A stretch of DNA of 64,000 nt, from NCBI GenBank assembly GCA_964016885.1, contig OZ024740.1:394444001-394508000 (forward strand). The letters are read 5' to 3'. Origin of the DNA: Eledone cirrhosa (taxonomy: Eukaryota). The notes beneath the pieces were generated by a model. The model was not told the origin of the DNA and did no database searches. It saw only the letters and a program-made list of their open reading frames with translations. The translations under genes were made by a program, and so were the position numbers. This document shows positions 1-21,000 of this stretch, piece by piece (the first letter of the stretch is position 1; every line of letters begins with the position of its first letter).

Positions 1-3000
1 ATTACTGATCCACACATATATTATTACTGATCCACACATATATTATTACTGATCCATACATATATTATTACTGATCCATACATATATTATTACTGAGCCA
101 CACATATTATTACTGATTCATACATATATTATTACTGATCCATACATATATTATTACTGATCGACACATATATTATTACTGATCCAAACATATATTATTT
201 CTGATGAAGACATATATTATTACTGATCCACACATATATTATTACTGATCCATACATATATTATTACTGATCCACATATATATTATTACTGATTCATACA
301 TATATTATTACTGATCCATACATATATTATTACTGATCCATACATATATTATTACTGATCCACCATATATTATTACTGATCCACACATATATTATTACTG
401 ATCCCTACAAATATTATTGCTGATCCACACATATATTATTACTGATCCATACTTATATTATTAGTGATCCACACATATATTATTACTGATCCACACATAT
501 ATTATTTCTGATCCACACTTATATTATTACTGATCCATACATATATTATTACTGATCCATAGATATATTATTACTGATCCACACGTATATTATTACTGAT
601 ACACACATATTATTACTGATCCACACATATATTATTACTGATCCACACATATATTATTACTGATCCCTACATATATTATTACTGATCCATACATATATTA
701 TTACTGATCCATATATATTTTATTACTGTTCCACACATATTATTACTGATCTGCACATATATTATTACTGATCCATACATATATTATTACTGATCGACAC
801 ATATATTATTACTGATCCACACATATATTATTATTGATCCATACATATATTATTACTGATTCATACATATATTATTACTGATCCACACATATATTATTAC
901 TGATCCACACATATATTATTACAGATTCATACATTTATTATTACTGATCCATATATATTTTATTACTGTTCCACACATATATTATTACTGATCCAAACAT
1001 AATTATTACTGATCCACACTTATATTATTACTGATCCATACATATATTATTACTGATCCATAGATATATTATTACTGATCCACACGTATATTATTACTGA
1101 TCCACACATATTATTACTGATCCACACATATATTATTACTGATCCACACATATATTATTACTAATCCCTACATATATTATTACTGATCCATACATATATT
1201 ATTACTGATCCCTACAAATATTATTGCTGATCCACACATATATTATTACTGATCCATACTTATATTATTAGTGATCCACACATATATTATTACTGATCCA
1301 CACATGTATTATTACTGATCCACACTTATATTATTACTGATCCATACATATATTATTACTGATCCATAGATATATTATTACTGATCCACACGTATATTAT
1401 TACTGATCCACACATATTATTACTGATCCACACATATATTATTACTGATCCACACATATATTATTACTGATCCCTACATATATTATTACTGATCCATACA
1501 TATATTATTACTGATCCATATATATTTTATTACAGTTCCACATATATATTATTACTGATCTGCACATATATTATTACTGATCCATACATATCCTATTACT
1601 GATCGACACATATATTATTACTGATCCACACATATATTATTACTGATCCACACATATATTATTACTGATCCACACATATATTATTACTGATCCACACATA
1701 TATTATTACTGATCCATACGTATATTATTACTGATCCATACATATATTATTACTGATCCACACATATATTATTATTGATCCATACATATATTATTACTGA
1801 TTCATACATATATTATTACTGATCTGCACATATATTATTACTGATCCACACATATATTATTACTGATCCACACATATATTATTACTGATCCACACATATA
1901 TTATTACAGATTCATACATATATTATTACTGATCCATACATATATTATTACTGAGCCACACATATATTATTACTGATTCATACATATATTATTACTGATC
2001 CATACATATATTATTACTGATCGACACATATATTATTACTGATCCAAACATATATTATTACTGATCCATACATATATTATTACTGATCCATACATATATT
2101 ATTACTGATCCACATATATATTATTACTGATTCATACATATATTATTACTGATCCATACATATATTATTACTGATCCATACATATATTATTACTGATCCA
2201 CCATATATTATTACTGATCCACACATATATTTTTACTGATCCCTACAAATATTATTGCTGATCCACACATATATTATTACTGATCCATACTTATATTATT
2301 AGTGATCCACACATATATTATTACTGATCCACACATATATTATTACTGATCCACACTTATATTATTACTGATCCATACATATATTATTACTGATCCATAG
2401 ATATATTATTACTGATCCACACGTATATTATTACTGATCCACACATATTATTACTGATCCACACATATATTATTACTGATCCACACATATATTATTACTG
2501 ATCCCTACATATATTATTACTGATCCATACATATATTATTACTGATCCATATATATTTTATTACTGTTCCACATATATATTATTACTGATCTGCACATAT
2601 ATTATTACTGATCCATACATATACTATTACTGATCGACACATATATTATTACTGATCCACACATATATTATTATTGATCCATACATATATTATTACTGAT
2701 CCACACGTATATTATTACTGATCCACACATATTATTACTGATCCACACATATATTATTACTGATCCACACATATTATTACTGATCCCTACATATATTATT
2801 ACTGATCCATACATATATTATTACTGATCCATATATATTTTATTACTGTTCCACATATATATTATTACTGATCTGCACATATATTATTACTGATCCATAC
2901 ATATACTATTACTGATCGACACATATATTATTACTGATCCACACATATATTATTATTGATCCACACATATATTATTACTGATCCAAACATATATTATTAC

Positions 3001-6000
3001 TGATCCACACATATATTATTACTGATCCACACATATATTATTACTGATCCACACATATATTATTACTGATCCCTACAAATATTATTACTGATCCACACAT
3101 ATATTATTACTGATCCATACATATATTATTACTGATCCATACATATATTATTACTGATCCATACGTATATTATTACTGATCCATACATATATTATTACTG
3201 ATCCATACATTTATTATTACTGATCCATACATATATTATTACTGATCCACACATATATTATTACTGATCCACACATATATTATTACTGATCCACACATAT
3301 ATTATTACTGATCCACACATATATTATTTCTGATCCATACATATATTATTACTGATCCATACATATATTATTACTGATCCATACATATATTATTACTGAT
3401 CCACACATATATTATTACTGATCCATACATGTATTATTACTGATCCACACTTATATTATTACTGATCAATACATATATTATTACTGATCCACACATATAT
3501 TATTACTGATCCAGAAATATATTATTACTGATCCATACATATATTATTACTGATCCACACATATATTATTACTGATCCATACATATATTATTACTAAACC
3601 ACACATATATTATTACTGATCCACACATATATTATTACTGATCCACACATATATTATTACTGATCCACACATATTATTACTGATCCATATATATTTTATT
3701 ACTGATCCATACATATATTATTACTGATCCACACATATATTATTACTGATCCACACATATATTATTACTGATCCCTACATATATTATTACTGATCCCTAC
3801 ATATATTATTACTGATCCATACATATATTATTACTGATCCAGATATATATTATTACTGATCCATACATATATTATTACTGATCCACACATATATTATTAC
3901 TGATTCACACATATATTATTTCTGTTCCATACATATATTATTACTGATCCACACATATATTATTACTGATCCATACATATATTATTACTGATCCACACAT
4001 ATATTATTACTGATCCATGCATATATTATTACTGATCCACACATATATTATTATTTATCCACACATATTATTACTGATCCATATATATTTTATTACTGAT
4101 CCATACATATATTATTACTGATCCATACATATATTATTACTGATCCACACATATATTATAACTGATCCATGCATATATTATTACTGATCCACACATATAT
4201 TATTACATATCCGCACATATATTATTACTAATCCATATATATTTTATTACTGATCCATACATATATTATTACTGATCCACACATATATTATTACTTATCC
4301 ACACATACATTATTACTGATCCACACATATATTATTACTTATCCACACATATATTATTACTGATCCATACATATATTATTACTGATCCACACATATATTA
4401 TTACTGATCCATACATATATTATTACTGATCCACACTTATATTATTACTGATCCAGACATATATTATTACTAATCCATACATATATTATTACTGATCCAC
4501 ACATATATTATTAATAATCCACACATATTGTTACTGATCCATACATTATTACTGATCCATACATATATTATTACGGATCCATACATATATTATTACTAAA
4601 CCATAAATATATTATTACTGATCCATACATATATTATTACTGATCCATACATATATTATTACTGATCCACACATATATTGTTACTGATCCATACATATAT
4701 TATTACTGGTCCACACATATATTATTAGTGATCCATGCATATATTATTACTGATCCACACATATATTATTACTTATCCACACATATATTATTACTGATCC
4801 ATATATATTTTATTACTGATCCATACATATATTATTACTGATCCATACATATATTATTACTGATCCACACATATATTATTACTAATCCATGCATATATTA
4901 TTACTGATCCACACATATGTTATTACTTATCCACACATATTATTACTGATCCATATATAATTTATTACTAAACCACACACATTATTACTGATCCATATAT
5001 ATTTTATTACTAATCCACACACATATTATTACTGATCCACACATATTTTATTACTGATCCATACATATATTATTACTGATCCACACATATATTATTACTT
5101 ATCCACACATATATTATTACTGATCCACACATATATTATTACTTATCCACACATATATTATTACTAATCCATACATATATTATTACTGATCCATACATAT
5201 ATTATTACTGATCCACACATATATTATTACTTATCCACACATATATTATTACTGATCCATACATATATTATTACTGATCCCTACATATATCATTACTGAT
5301 CCATACATATATTATTACTGATCCATACATATATTATTACTGATCCACACATATATTATTAATAATCCACACATATTATTACTGATCCATACATTATTAC
5401 TGATCCATACATATATTATTACGGATCCATACATATATTATTACTAAACCATAAATATATTATTACTGATCCATACATATATTATTACTGATCCATACAT
5501 ATATTATTACTGATCCACACATATATTGTTACTGATCCATACATATGTTATTACTGATCCACACATATATTATTAGTGATCCATGCATATATTATTACTG
5601 ATCCACACATATATTATTACTTATCCACACATATATTACTACTGATCCATATATATTTTATTACTGATCCATACATATATTATTACTGATCCATACATAT
5701 ATTATTACTGATCCACACATATATTATTACTAATCCATGCATATATTATTACTGATCCACACATATATTATTACTTATCCACACATATTATTACTGATCC
5801 ATATATATCTTATTACTAATCCACACACATTATTACTGATCCATATATATTTTATTAATAATCCACACACATATTATTACTGATCCACACATATTTTATT
5901 ACTGATCCATACATATATTATTACTGATCCACACATATATTATTACTTATCCACACATATATTATTACTGATCCACACATATATTATTACTGATCCATAC

Positions 6001-9000
6001 ATATATTATTATTGATCCACACATATATTATTACTGATCCACACATATATTATTACTGATCCATACATATATTATTCCTGATCCATACATATATTATTAC
6101 TGATCCATACATATATTATTACTGATCCACCCATATATTATTACTGATCCACACATATATTATTACTTATCCACACATATATTATTACTGATCCACACAT
6201 ATATTATTACTTATCCACACATATATTATTACTAATCCATACATATATTATTACTGATCCATACATATATTATTACTGATCCACACATATATTATTACTT
6301 ATCCACACATATATTATTACTGATCCATACATATATTATTACTGATCCATACATATATCATTACTGATCCATACATATATTATTACTGATCCATACATAT
6401 ATTATTACTGATCCCTACAAATATTATTGCTGATCCACACATATATTATTACTGATCCAAACTTATATTATTAGTGATCCACACATATATTATTACTGAT
6501 CCACACATATATTATTACTGATCCACACTTATATTATTACTGATCCATACATATATTATTACTGATCCATAGATATATTATTACTGATCCACACGTATAT
6601 TATTACTGATCCACACATATTATTACTGATCCACACATATATTATTACTGATCCACACATATATTATTACTGATCCCTACATATATTATTACTGATCCAT
6701 ACATATATTATTACTGATCCATATATATTTTATTACTGTTCCACATATATATTATTACTGATCTGCACATATATTATTACTGATCCATACATATACTATT
6801 ACTGATCGACACATATATTATTACTGATCCACACATATATTATTACTGATCCACACATATATTATTACTGATCCACACATATATTATTACTGATCCACAC
6901 ATATATTATTACTGATCCATACATATAGTATTACTGATCCATACATATATTATTACTGATCCACACATATATTATTATTGATCCATACATATATTATTAC
7001 TGATTCATACATATATTATTACTGATCTGCACATATATTATTACTGATCCACACATATATTATTACTGATCCACACATATATTATTACTGATCCACACAT
7101 ATATTATTACAGATTCATACATATATTATTACTGATCCATACATATATTATTACTGAGCCACACATATATTATTACTGATTCATACATATATTATTACTG
7201 ATCCATACATATATTATTACTGATCGACACATATATTATTACTGATCCAAACATATATTATTACTGATCCATACATATATTATTACTGATCCATACATAT
7301 ATTATTACTGATCCACATATATATTATTACTGATTCATACATATATTATTACTGATCCATACATATATTATTACTGATCCATAAATATATTATTACTGAT
7401 CCACCATATATTATTACTGATCCACACATATATTTTTACTGATCCCTACAAATATTATTGCTGATCCACACATATATTATTACTGATCCATACTTATATT
7501 ATTAGTGATCCACACATATATTATTACTGATCCACACATATATTATTACTGATCCACACTTATATTATTACTGATCCATACATATATTATTACTGATCCA
7601 TAGATATATTATTACTGATCCACACGTATATTATTACTGATCCACACATATTATTACTGATCCACACATATATTATTACTGATCCACACATATATTATTA
7701 CTGATCCCTACATATATTATTACTGATCCATACATATATTATTACTGATCCATATATATTTTATTACTGTTCCACATATATATTATTACTGATCTGCACA
7801 TATATTATTACTAATCCATACATATACTATTACTGATCGACACATATATTATTACTGATCCACACATATATTATTATTGATCCATACATATATTATTACT
7901 GATCCACACGTATATTATTACTGATCCACACATATTATTACTGATCCACACATATATTATTACTGATCCACACATATATTATTACTGATCCCTACATATA
8001 TTATTACTGATCCATACATATATTATTACTGATCCATATATATTTTATTACTGTTCCACATATATATTATTACTGATCTGCACATATATTATTACTGATC
8101 CATACATATACTATTACTGATCGACACATATATTATTACTGATCCACACATATATTATTATTGATCCACACATATATTATTACTGATCCAAACATATATT
8201 ATTACTGATCCACACATATATTATTACTGATCCACACATATATTATTACTGATCCACACATATATTATTACTGATCCCTACAAATATTATTACTGATCCA
8301 CACATATATTATTACTGATCCATACATATATTATTACTGATCCATACATATATTATTACTGATCCATACGTATATTATTACTGATCCATACATATATTAT
8401 TACTGATCCATACATTTATTATTACTGATCCATACATATATTATTACTGATCCACACATATATTATTACTGATCCACACATATATTATTACTGATCCACA
8501 CATATATTATTACTGATCCACACATATATTATTTCTGATCCATACATATATTATTACTGATCCATACATATATTATTACTGATCCATACATATATTATTA
8601 CTGATCCATACATATATTATTACTGATCCATACATGTATTATTACTGATCCACACTTATATTATTACTGATCAATACATATATTATTACTGATCCACACA
8701 TATATTATTACTGATCCAGACATATATTATTACTGATCCATACATATATTATTACTGATCCACACATATATTATTACTGATCCATACATATATTATTACT
8801 AATCCACACATATATTATTACTGATCCACACATATATTATTACTGATCCACACATATATTATTACTGATCCACACATATTATTACTGATCCATATATATT
8901 TTATTACTGATCCATACATATATTATTACTGATCCACACATATATTATTACTGATCCACACATATATTATTACTGATCCCTACATATATTATTACTGATC

Positions 9001-12000
9001 CCTACATATATTATTACTGATCCATACATATATTATTACTGATCCAGATATATATTATTACTGATCCATACATATATTATTAATGATCCACACATATATT
9101 ATTTCTGTTCCATACATATATTATTACTGATCCACACATATATTATTACTGATCCATACATATATTATTACTGATCCACACATATATTATTACTGATCCA
9201 TGCATATATTATTACTGATCCACACATATATTATTATTTATCCACACATATTATTACTGATCCATATATATTTTATTACTGATCCATACATATATTATTA
9301 CTGATCCATACATATATTATTACTGATCCACACATATATTATAACTGATCCATGCATATATTATTACTGATCCACACATATATTATTACATATCCGCACA
9401 TATATTATTACTAATCCATATATATTTTATTACTGATCCATACATATATTATTACTGATCCACACATATATTATTACTTATCCACACATACATTATTACT
9501 GATCCACACATATATTATTACTTATCCACACATATATTATTACTGATCCATACATATATTATTACTGATCCACACATATATTATTACTGATCCATACATA
9601 TATTATTACTGATCCACACTTATATTATTACTGATCCAGACATATATTATTACTAATCCATACATATATTATTACTGATCCACACATATATTATTAATAA
9701 TCCACACATATTGTTACTGATCCATACATTATTACTGATCCATACATATATTATTACGGATCCATACATATATTATTACTAAACCAAAAATATATTATTA
9801 CTGATCCATACATATATTATTACTGATCCATACATATATTATTACTGATCCACACATATATTGTTACTGATCCATACATATATTATTACTGGTCCACACA
9901 TATATTATTAGTGATCCATGCATATATTATTACTGATCCACACATATATTATTACTTATCCACACATATATTATTACTGATCCATATATATTTTATTACT
10001 TATCCATACATATATTATTACTGATCCATACATATATTATTACTGATCCACACATATATTATTACTAATCCATGCATATATTATTACTGATCCACACATA
10101 TGTTATTACTTATCCACACATATTATTACTGATCCATATATAATTTATTACTAAACCACACACATTATTACTGATCCATATATATTTTATTACTAATCCA
10201 CACACATATTATTACTGATCCACACATATTTTATTACTGATCCATACATATATTATTACTGATCCACACATATATTATTACTTATCCACACATATATTAT
10301 TACTGATCCACACATATATTATTACTTATCCACACATATATTATTACTAATCCATACATATATTATTACTGATCCATACATATATTATTACTGATCCACA
10401 CATATATTATTACTTATCCACACATATATTATTACTGATCCATACATATATTATTACTGATCCCTACATATATCATTACTGATCCATACATATATTATTA
10501 CTGATCCATACATATATTATTACTGATCCACACATATATTATTAATAATCCACACATATTATTACTGATCCATACATTATTACTGATCCACACATATATT
10601 ATTACTGATCCATACATATATTATTACTGATCCACACATATATTATTAATAATCCACACATATTATTACTGATCCATACATTATTACTGATCCATACATA
10701 TATTATTACGGATCCATACATATATTATTACTAAACCATAAATATATTATTACTGATCCATACATATATTATTACTGATCCATACATATATTATTACTGA
10801 TCCACACATATATTGTTACTGATCCATACATATGTTATTACTGATCCACACATATATTATTAGTGATCCATGCATATATTATTACTGATCCACACATATA
10901 TTATTACTTATCCACACATATATTATTACTGATCCATATATATTTTATTACTGATCCATACATATATTATTACTGATCCATACATATATTATTACTGATC
11001 CACACATATATTATTACTAATCCATGCATATATTATTACTGATCCACACATATATTATTACTTATCCACACATATTATTACTGATCCATATATATCTTAT
11101 TACTAATCCACACACATTATTACTGATCCATATATATTTTATTACTAATCCACACACATATTATTACTGATCCACACATATTTTATTACTGATCCATACA
11201 TATATTATTACTGATCCACACATATATTATTACTTATCCACACATATATTATTACTGATCCTCACATATATTATTACTGATCCATACATATATTATTATT
11301 GATCCACACATATATTATTACTGATCCACACATATATTATTACTGATCCATACATATGTTATTCCTGATCCATACATATATTATTACTGATCCATACATA
11401 TATTATTACTGATCCACCCATATATTATTACTGATCCACACATATATTATTACTTATCCACACATATATTATTACTGATCCACACATATATTATTACTTA
11501 TCCACACATATATTATTACTAATCCATACATATATTATTACTGATCCATACATATATTATTACTGATCCACACATATATTATTACTTATCCACACATATA
11601 TTATTACTGATCCATACATATATTATTACTAATCCATACATATATCATTACTGATCCATACATATATTATTACTGATCCATACATATATTATTACTGATC
11701 TGCACATATATTATTACTGATCCATACATATACTATTACTGATCGACACATATATTATTACTGATCCACACATATATTATTATTGATCCATACATATATT
11801 ATTACTGATCCACACGTATATTATTACTGATCCACACATATTATTACTGATCCACACATATATTATTACTGATCCACACATATATTATTACTGATCCCTA
11901 CATATATTATTACTGATCCATACATATATTATTACTGATCCATATATATTTTATTACTGTTCCACATATATATTATTACTGATCTGCACATATATTATTA

Positions 12001-15000
12001 CTGATCCATACATATACTATTACTGATCGACACATATATTATTACTGATCCACACATATATTATTATTGATCCACACATATATTATTACTGATCCAAACA
12101 TATATTATTACTGATCCACACATATATTATTACTGATCCACACATATATTATTACTGATCCACACATATATTATTACTGATCCCTACAAATATTATTACT
12201 GATCCACACATATATTATTACTGATCCATACATATATTATTACTGATCCATACATATATTATTACTGATCCATACATATATCATTACTGATCCATATATA
12301 TTTTATTACTGTTCCACATATATATTATTACTGATCTGCACATATATTATTACTGATCCATACATATACTATTACTGATCGACACATATATTATTACTGA
12401 TCCACACATATATTATTATTGATCCATACATATATTATTACTGATCCACACGTATATTATTACTGATCCACACATATTATTACTGATCCACACATATATT
12501 ATTACTGATCCACACATATAATATTACTGATCCCTACATATATTATTACTGATCCATACATATATTATTACTGATCCATATATATTTTATTACTGTTCCA
12601 CATATATATTATTACTGATCTGCACATATATTATTACTGATCCATACATATACTATTACTGATCGACACATATATTATTACTGATCCACACATATATTAT
12701 TATTGATCCACACATATATTATTACTGATCCAAACATATATTATTACTGATCCACACATATATTATTACTGATCCACACATATATTATTACTGATCCACA
12801 CATATATTATTACTGATCCCTACAAATATTATTACTGATCCACACATATATTATTACTGATCCATACATATATTATTACTGATCCATACATATATTATTA
12901 CTGATCCATACGTATATTATTACTGATCCATACATATATTATTACTGATCCATACATTTATTATTGCTGATCCATACATATATTATTACTGATCCACACA
13001 TATATTATTACTGATCCACACATATATTATTACTGATCCACACATATATTATTACTGATCCACACATATATTATTTCTGATCCATACATATATTATTACT
13101 GATCCATACATATATTATTACTGATCCATACATATATTATTACTGATCCACACATATATTATTACTGATCCATACATGTATTATTACTGATCCACACTTA
13201 TATTATTACTGATCAATACATATATTATTACTGATCCACACATATATTATTACTGATCCAGACATATATTATTACTGATCCATACATATATTATTACTGA
13301 TCCACACATATATTATTACTGATCCATACATATATTATTACTAATCCACACATATATTATTACTGATCCACACATATATTATTACTGATCCACACATATA
13401 TTATTACTGATCCACACATATTATTACTGATCCATATATATTTTATTACTGATCCATACATATATTATTACTGATCCACACATATATTATTACTGATCCA
13501 CACATATATTATTACTGATCCATACATATATTATTACTGATCCCTACATATATTATTACTGATCCATACATATATTATTACTGATCCAGATATATATTAT
13601 TACTGATCCATACATATATTATTACTGATCCACACATATATTATTACTGATTCACACATATATTATTTCTGTTCCATACATATATTATTACTGATCCACA
13701 CATATATTATTACTGATCCATACATATATTATTACTGATCCACACATATATTATTACTGATCCATGCATATATTATTACTGATCCACACATATATTATTA
13801 TTTATCCACACATATTATTACTGATCCATATATATTTTATTACTGATCCATACATATATTATTACTGATCCATACATATATTATTACTGATCCACACATA
13901 TATTATAACTGATCCATGCATATATTATTACTGATCCACACATATATTATTACATATCCGCACATATATTATTACTAATCCATATATATTTTATTACTGA
14001 TCCATACATATATTATTACTGATCCACACATATATTATTACTTATCCACACATACATTATTACTGATCCACACATATATTATTACTTATCCACACATATA
14101 TTATTACTGATCCATACATATATTATTACTGATCCACACATATATTATTACTGATCCATACATATATTATTACTGATCCACACTTATCTTATTACTGATC
14201 CAGACATATATTATTACTAATCCATACATATATTATTACTGATCCACACATATGTTATTACTTATCCACACATATTATTACTGATCCATATATAATTTAT
14301 TACTAATCCACACACATTATTACTGATCCATATATATTTTATTACTAATCCACACACATATTATTACTGATCCACACATATTTTATTACTGATCCATACA
14401 TATATTATTACTGATCCACACATATATTATTACTTATCCACACATATATTATTACTGATCCACACATATATTATTACTTATCCACACATATATTATTACT
14501 AATCCATACATATATTATTACTGATCCATACATATATTATTACTGATCCACACATATATTATTACTTATCCACACATATATTATTACTGATCCATACATA
14601 TATTATTACTGATCCCTACATATATCATTACTGATCCATACATATATTATTACTGATCCATACATATATTATTACTGATCCACACATATATTATTAATAA
14701 TCCACACATATTATTACTGATCCATACATTATTACTGATCCATACATATATTATTACGGATCCATACATATATTATTACTAAACCATAAATATATTATTA
14801 CTGATCCATACATATATTATTACTGATCCATACATATATTATTACTGATCCACACATATATTGTTACTGATCCATACATATGTTATTACTGATCCACACA
14901 TATATTATTAGTGATCCATGCATATATTATTACTGATCCACACATATATTATTACTTATCCACACATATATTATTACTGATCCATATATATTTTATTACT

Positions 15001-18000
15001 GATGCATACATATATTATTACTGATCCATACATATATTATTACTGATCCACACATATATTATTACTAATCCATGCATATATTATTACTGATCCACACATA
15101 TATTATTACTTATCCACACATATTATTACTGATCCATATATATCTTATTACTAATCCACACACATCATTACTGATCCATATATATTTTATTACTAATCCA
15201 CACACATATTATTACTGATCCACACATATTTTATTACTGATCCATACATATATTATTACTGATCCACACATATATTATTACTTATCCACACATATATTAT
15301 TACTGATCCACACATATATTATTACTGATCCATACATATATTATTATTGATCCACACATATATTATTACTGATCCACACATATATTATTACTGATCCATA
15401 CATATATTATTCCTGATCCATACATATATTATTACTGATCCATACATATATTATTACTGATCCACCCATATATTATTACTGATCCACACATATATTATTA
15501 CTTATCCACACATATATTATTACTGATCCACACATATATTATTACTTATCCACACATATATTATTACTAATCCATACATATATTATTACTGATCCATACA
15601 TATATTATTACTGATCCACACATATATTATTACTTATCCACACATATATTATTACTGATCCATACATATATTATTACTGATCCATACATATATCATTACT
15701 GATCCATACATATATTATTACTGATCCATACATATATTATTACTGATCCATACATATATTATTACCGATCCACACATATATTATTACTGATCCATACATA
15801 TATTATTACCGATCCATACATATATTATTACTGATCCACACATATATTATTACTGATCCAAACATATATTATTACTGATCCATACATATATTATTACTGA
15901 TCCACACATATATTATTACTGATCCACACATATATTATTACTGATCCATACATATTACTGATCCGCACATATATTATTACTGATCCATACATTTATTATT
16001 ACTGATCCACACATATATTATTACTGATCCACACATATATTATTACTGATCGATACATATATTATTGCTGATCCACACATATATTATTACTGATCCACAC
16101 ATATATTATTACTGATCCACACATATATTATTACTGATCCACACATATATTATTACTGATCCATACATATATTATTACTGATCCATACATATATTATTAC
16201 TGATCCACACATATATTATTACAGATTCATACATATATTATTACTGATCCATACATATATTATTACTGATCCATACATATATTATTACTGATCCACACAT
16301 ATATTATTACTAATCCATGCATATATTATTACTGATCCACACATATATTATTACTTATCCACACATATTATTACTGATCCATATATATCTTATTACTAAT
16401 CCACACACATTATTACTGATCCATATATATTTTATTACTAATCCACACACATATTATTACTGATCCATACATATTTTATTACTGATCCATACATATATTA
16501 TTACTGATCCACACATATATTATTACTCATCCACACATATATTATTACTGATCCATACATATATTATTACTGATCCATACATATATTATTACTGATCCAC
16601 ATATATATTATTACTGATCCATACATATATTATTACTGATCCATACATATATTATTACTGATCCACACATATATTATTACTGATCCACACATATATTATT
16701 ACTGATCCATACATATATTATTACTGATCTCTACATATATTATTACTGATCCATACATATATTATTACTGATCCATACATATATTATTACTGATCCACAC
16801 ATATATTATTACTGATCCATACATATATTATTACTGATCCATACATATATTATTACTGATCCACACATATATTATTACTGATCCACACATATATTATTAC
16901 TGATCCATACATATATTATTAATGATCCATACATATATTATTACTGATCCATACATATATTATTACTGATCCATACATATATTATTACTGATCCATACAT
17001 ATATTATTACTGATCGACACATATATTATTACTGATCCATACATATATTATTACTGATCTCTACATATATTATTACTGATCCATACATATATTATTACTG
17101 ATCCATACATATATTATTACTGATCCATACATATATTATTACTTATCCACACATATATTATTACTAATCCATACATATATTATTACTGATCCATACATAT
17201 ATTATTACTGATCCACACATATATTATTACTTATCCACACATATATTATTACTGATCCATACATATATTATTACTGATCCCTACATATATCATTACTGAT
17301 CCATACATATATTATTACTGATCCATAAATATATTATTACTGATCCAAACATATATTATTTCTGATGAAGACATATATTATTACTGATCCACACATATAT
17401 TATTACTGATCCATACATATATTATTACTGATCCACATATATATTATTACTGATTCATACATATATTATTACTGATCCATACATATATTATTACAGATCC
17501 ATACATATATTATTACTGATCCACACATATATTATTACTGATCCATACATATATTATTACTGATCCACACATATATTATTACTGATCCACACATATATTA
17601 TTACTGATCCCCACAAATATTATTGCTGATCCACACATATATTATTACTGATCCATACCTATATTATTAGTGATCCACACATATATTATTACTGATCCAC
17701 ACATATATTATTACTGATCCACACTTATATTATTACTGATCCACACATATATTATTACTGATCCACACATATATTATTACTGATACCTACATATATTATT
17801 ACTGATCCATACATATATTATTACTGATCCATACATATATTATTACTGATCTACACATATATTATTACTGATCCCTACATATATTATTACTGATCCATAC
17901 ATATATTATTACTGATCCATACATATATTATTACTGATCCATATATATTTTATTACTGTTCCACACATATATTATTACTGATCTGCACATATATTATTAC

Positions 18001-21000
18001 TGATCCATACATATATTATTACTGATCGACACATATATTATTACTGATCCACACATATATTATTATTGATCCATACATATATTATTACTGATTCATACAT
18101 ATATTATTACTGATCCACACATATATTATTACTGATCCACACATATATTATTACAGATTCATACATTTATTATTACTGATCCAAACATATATTATTACTG
18201 ATCCACACATATATTATTACTGATCCACACATATATTATTACTGATCCACACATATATTATTACTGATCCCTACAAATATTATTACTGATCCACACATAT
18301 ATTATTACTGATCCATACTTATATTATTAGTGATCCACACATATATTATTACTGATCCACGCATATATTATTACTGATCCACACTTATATTATTACTTAT
18401 CCATACATATATTATTACTGATCCATACATATATATTACTGATCCACACATATATTATTACTGATCCACACATATATTATTACTGATCCACACATATATT
18501 ATTACTGATCCACACATATATTATTACTGATCCCTACATATATTATTACTGATCCATACATATATTATTACTGATCCATACATATATTATTACTGATCCA
18601 CACATATTATTACGGATCCATACATATATTATTACTGATCCACACATATATTATTACTGATCCACACAAATATTATTACTGATCCATACATATATTATTA
18701 CTGATCCCTACATATATTATTACTGATCCATACATATATTATTACTGATCCCTACATATATTATTACTGATCCATACATATATTATTACTGATCCACACA
18801 TATATTATTACTGATTCACACATATATTATTTCTGTTCCATACTTATATTATTACTGATCCACACATATATTATTACTGATCCACACATATATTATTACT
18901 GATCCATACATTTATTATTACTGATCCACACATATATTATTACTGCTCCACACATATATTATTACTGATCCATACATATATTATTACTGATCCACACATA
19001 TATTATTACTGATCCATGCATATATTATTACTGATCCACACATATATTATTATTTATCCACACATATTATTACTGATCCATATATATTTTATTACTGATC
19101 CATACATATATTATTACTGATCCATACATATATTATTACTGATCCACACATATATTATGACTGATCCATGCATATATTATTACTGATCCACACATATATT
19201 ATTACTTATCCGCACATATATTATTACTAATCCATATATATTTTATTACTGATCCATACATATATTATTACTGATCCACACATATATTATTAGTTATCCA
19301 CACATATATTATTACTGATCCACACATATATTATTACTGATCCACACATATATTATTACTGATCCACACATATATTATTACTTATCCACACATATATTAT
19401 TACTGATCCATACATATATTATTACTGATCCCTACATATATCATTACTGATCGATACATATATTATTACTGATCCATACATATATTATTACTGATCCACA
19501 CATATATTATTAATAATCCACACATATTATTACTGATCCATACATTATTACTGATCCATACATATATTATTACGGATCCATACATATATTATTACTAAAC
19601 CATAAATATATTATTACTGATCCATACATATATTATTACTGATCCATACATATATTATTACTGATCCACACATATATTGTTACTGATCCATACATATGTT
19701 ATTACTGATCCACACATATATTATTAGTGATCCATGCATATATTATTACTGATCCACACATATATTATTACTTATCCACACATATATTATTACTGATCCA
19801 TATATATTTTATTACTGATCCATACATATATTATTACTGATCCATACATATATTATTACCGATCCACACATATAATATTACTAATCCATGCATATATTAT
19901 TACTGATCCACACATATATTATTACTTATCCACACATATTATTACTGATCCATATATATTTTATTACTAATCCACACACATTATTACTGATCCATATATA
20001 TTTTATTACTAATCCACACACATATTATTACTGATCCACACATATTTTAGTACTGATCCATACATATATTATTACTGATCCACACATATATTATTACTTA
20101 TCCACACATATATTATTACTGATCCACACATATATTATTACTTATCCACACATATATTATTACTAATCCATACATATATTATTACTGATCCATACATATA
20201 TTATTACTGATCCACACATATATTATTACTTATCCACACATATATTATTACTGATCCATACATATATTATTATTGATCCACACATATATTATTACTGATC
20301 CACACATATATTATTACTGATCCATACATATATTATTCCTGATCCATACATATATTATTACTGATCCATACATATATTATTACTGATCCACACATATATT
20401 ATTACTGATCCACACATATATTATTACTTATCCACACATATATTATTACTGATCCACACATATATTATTACTTATCCACACATATATTATTACTAATCCA
20501 TACATATATTATTACTGATCCATACATATATTATTACTGATCCACACATATATTATTACTTATCCACACATATATTATTACTGATCCATACATATATTAT
20601 TACTGATCCCTACATATATCATTACTGATCCATACATATATTATTACTGATCCATACATATATTATTACCGATCCACACATATATTATTACTGATCCATA
20701 CATATATTATTACCGATCCATACATATATTATTACTGATCCACACATATATTATTACTGATCCAAACATATATTATTACTGATCGATACATATATTATTA
20801 CTGATCCACACATATATTATTACTGATCCACACATATATTATTACTGATCCACACATATATTATTACTGATCCACACATATATTATTACTGATCCATACA
20901 TATATTATTACTGATCCATACATATATTATTACTGATCCACACATATATTATTACAGATTCATACATATATTATTACTGATCCAAACATATATTATTACT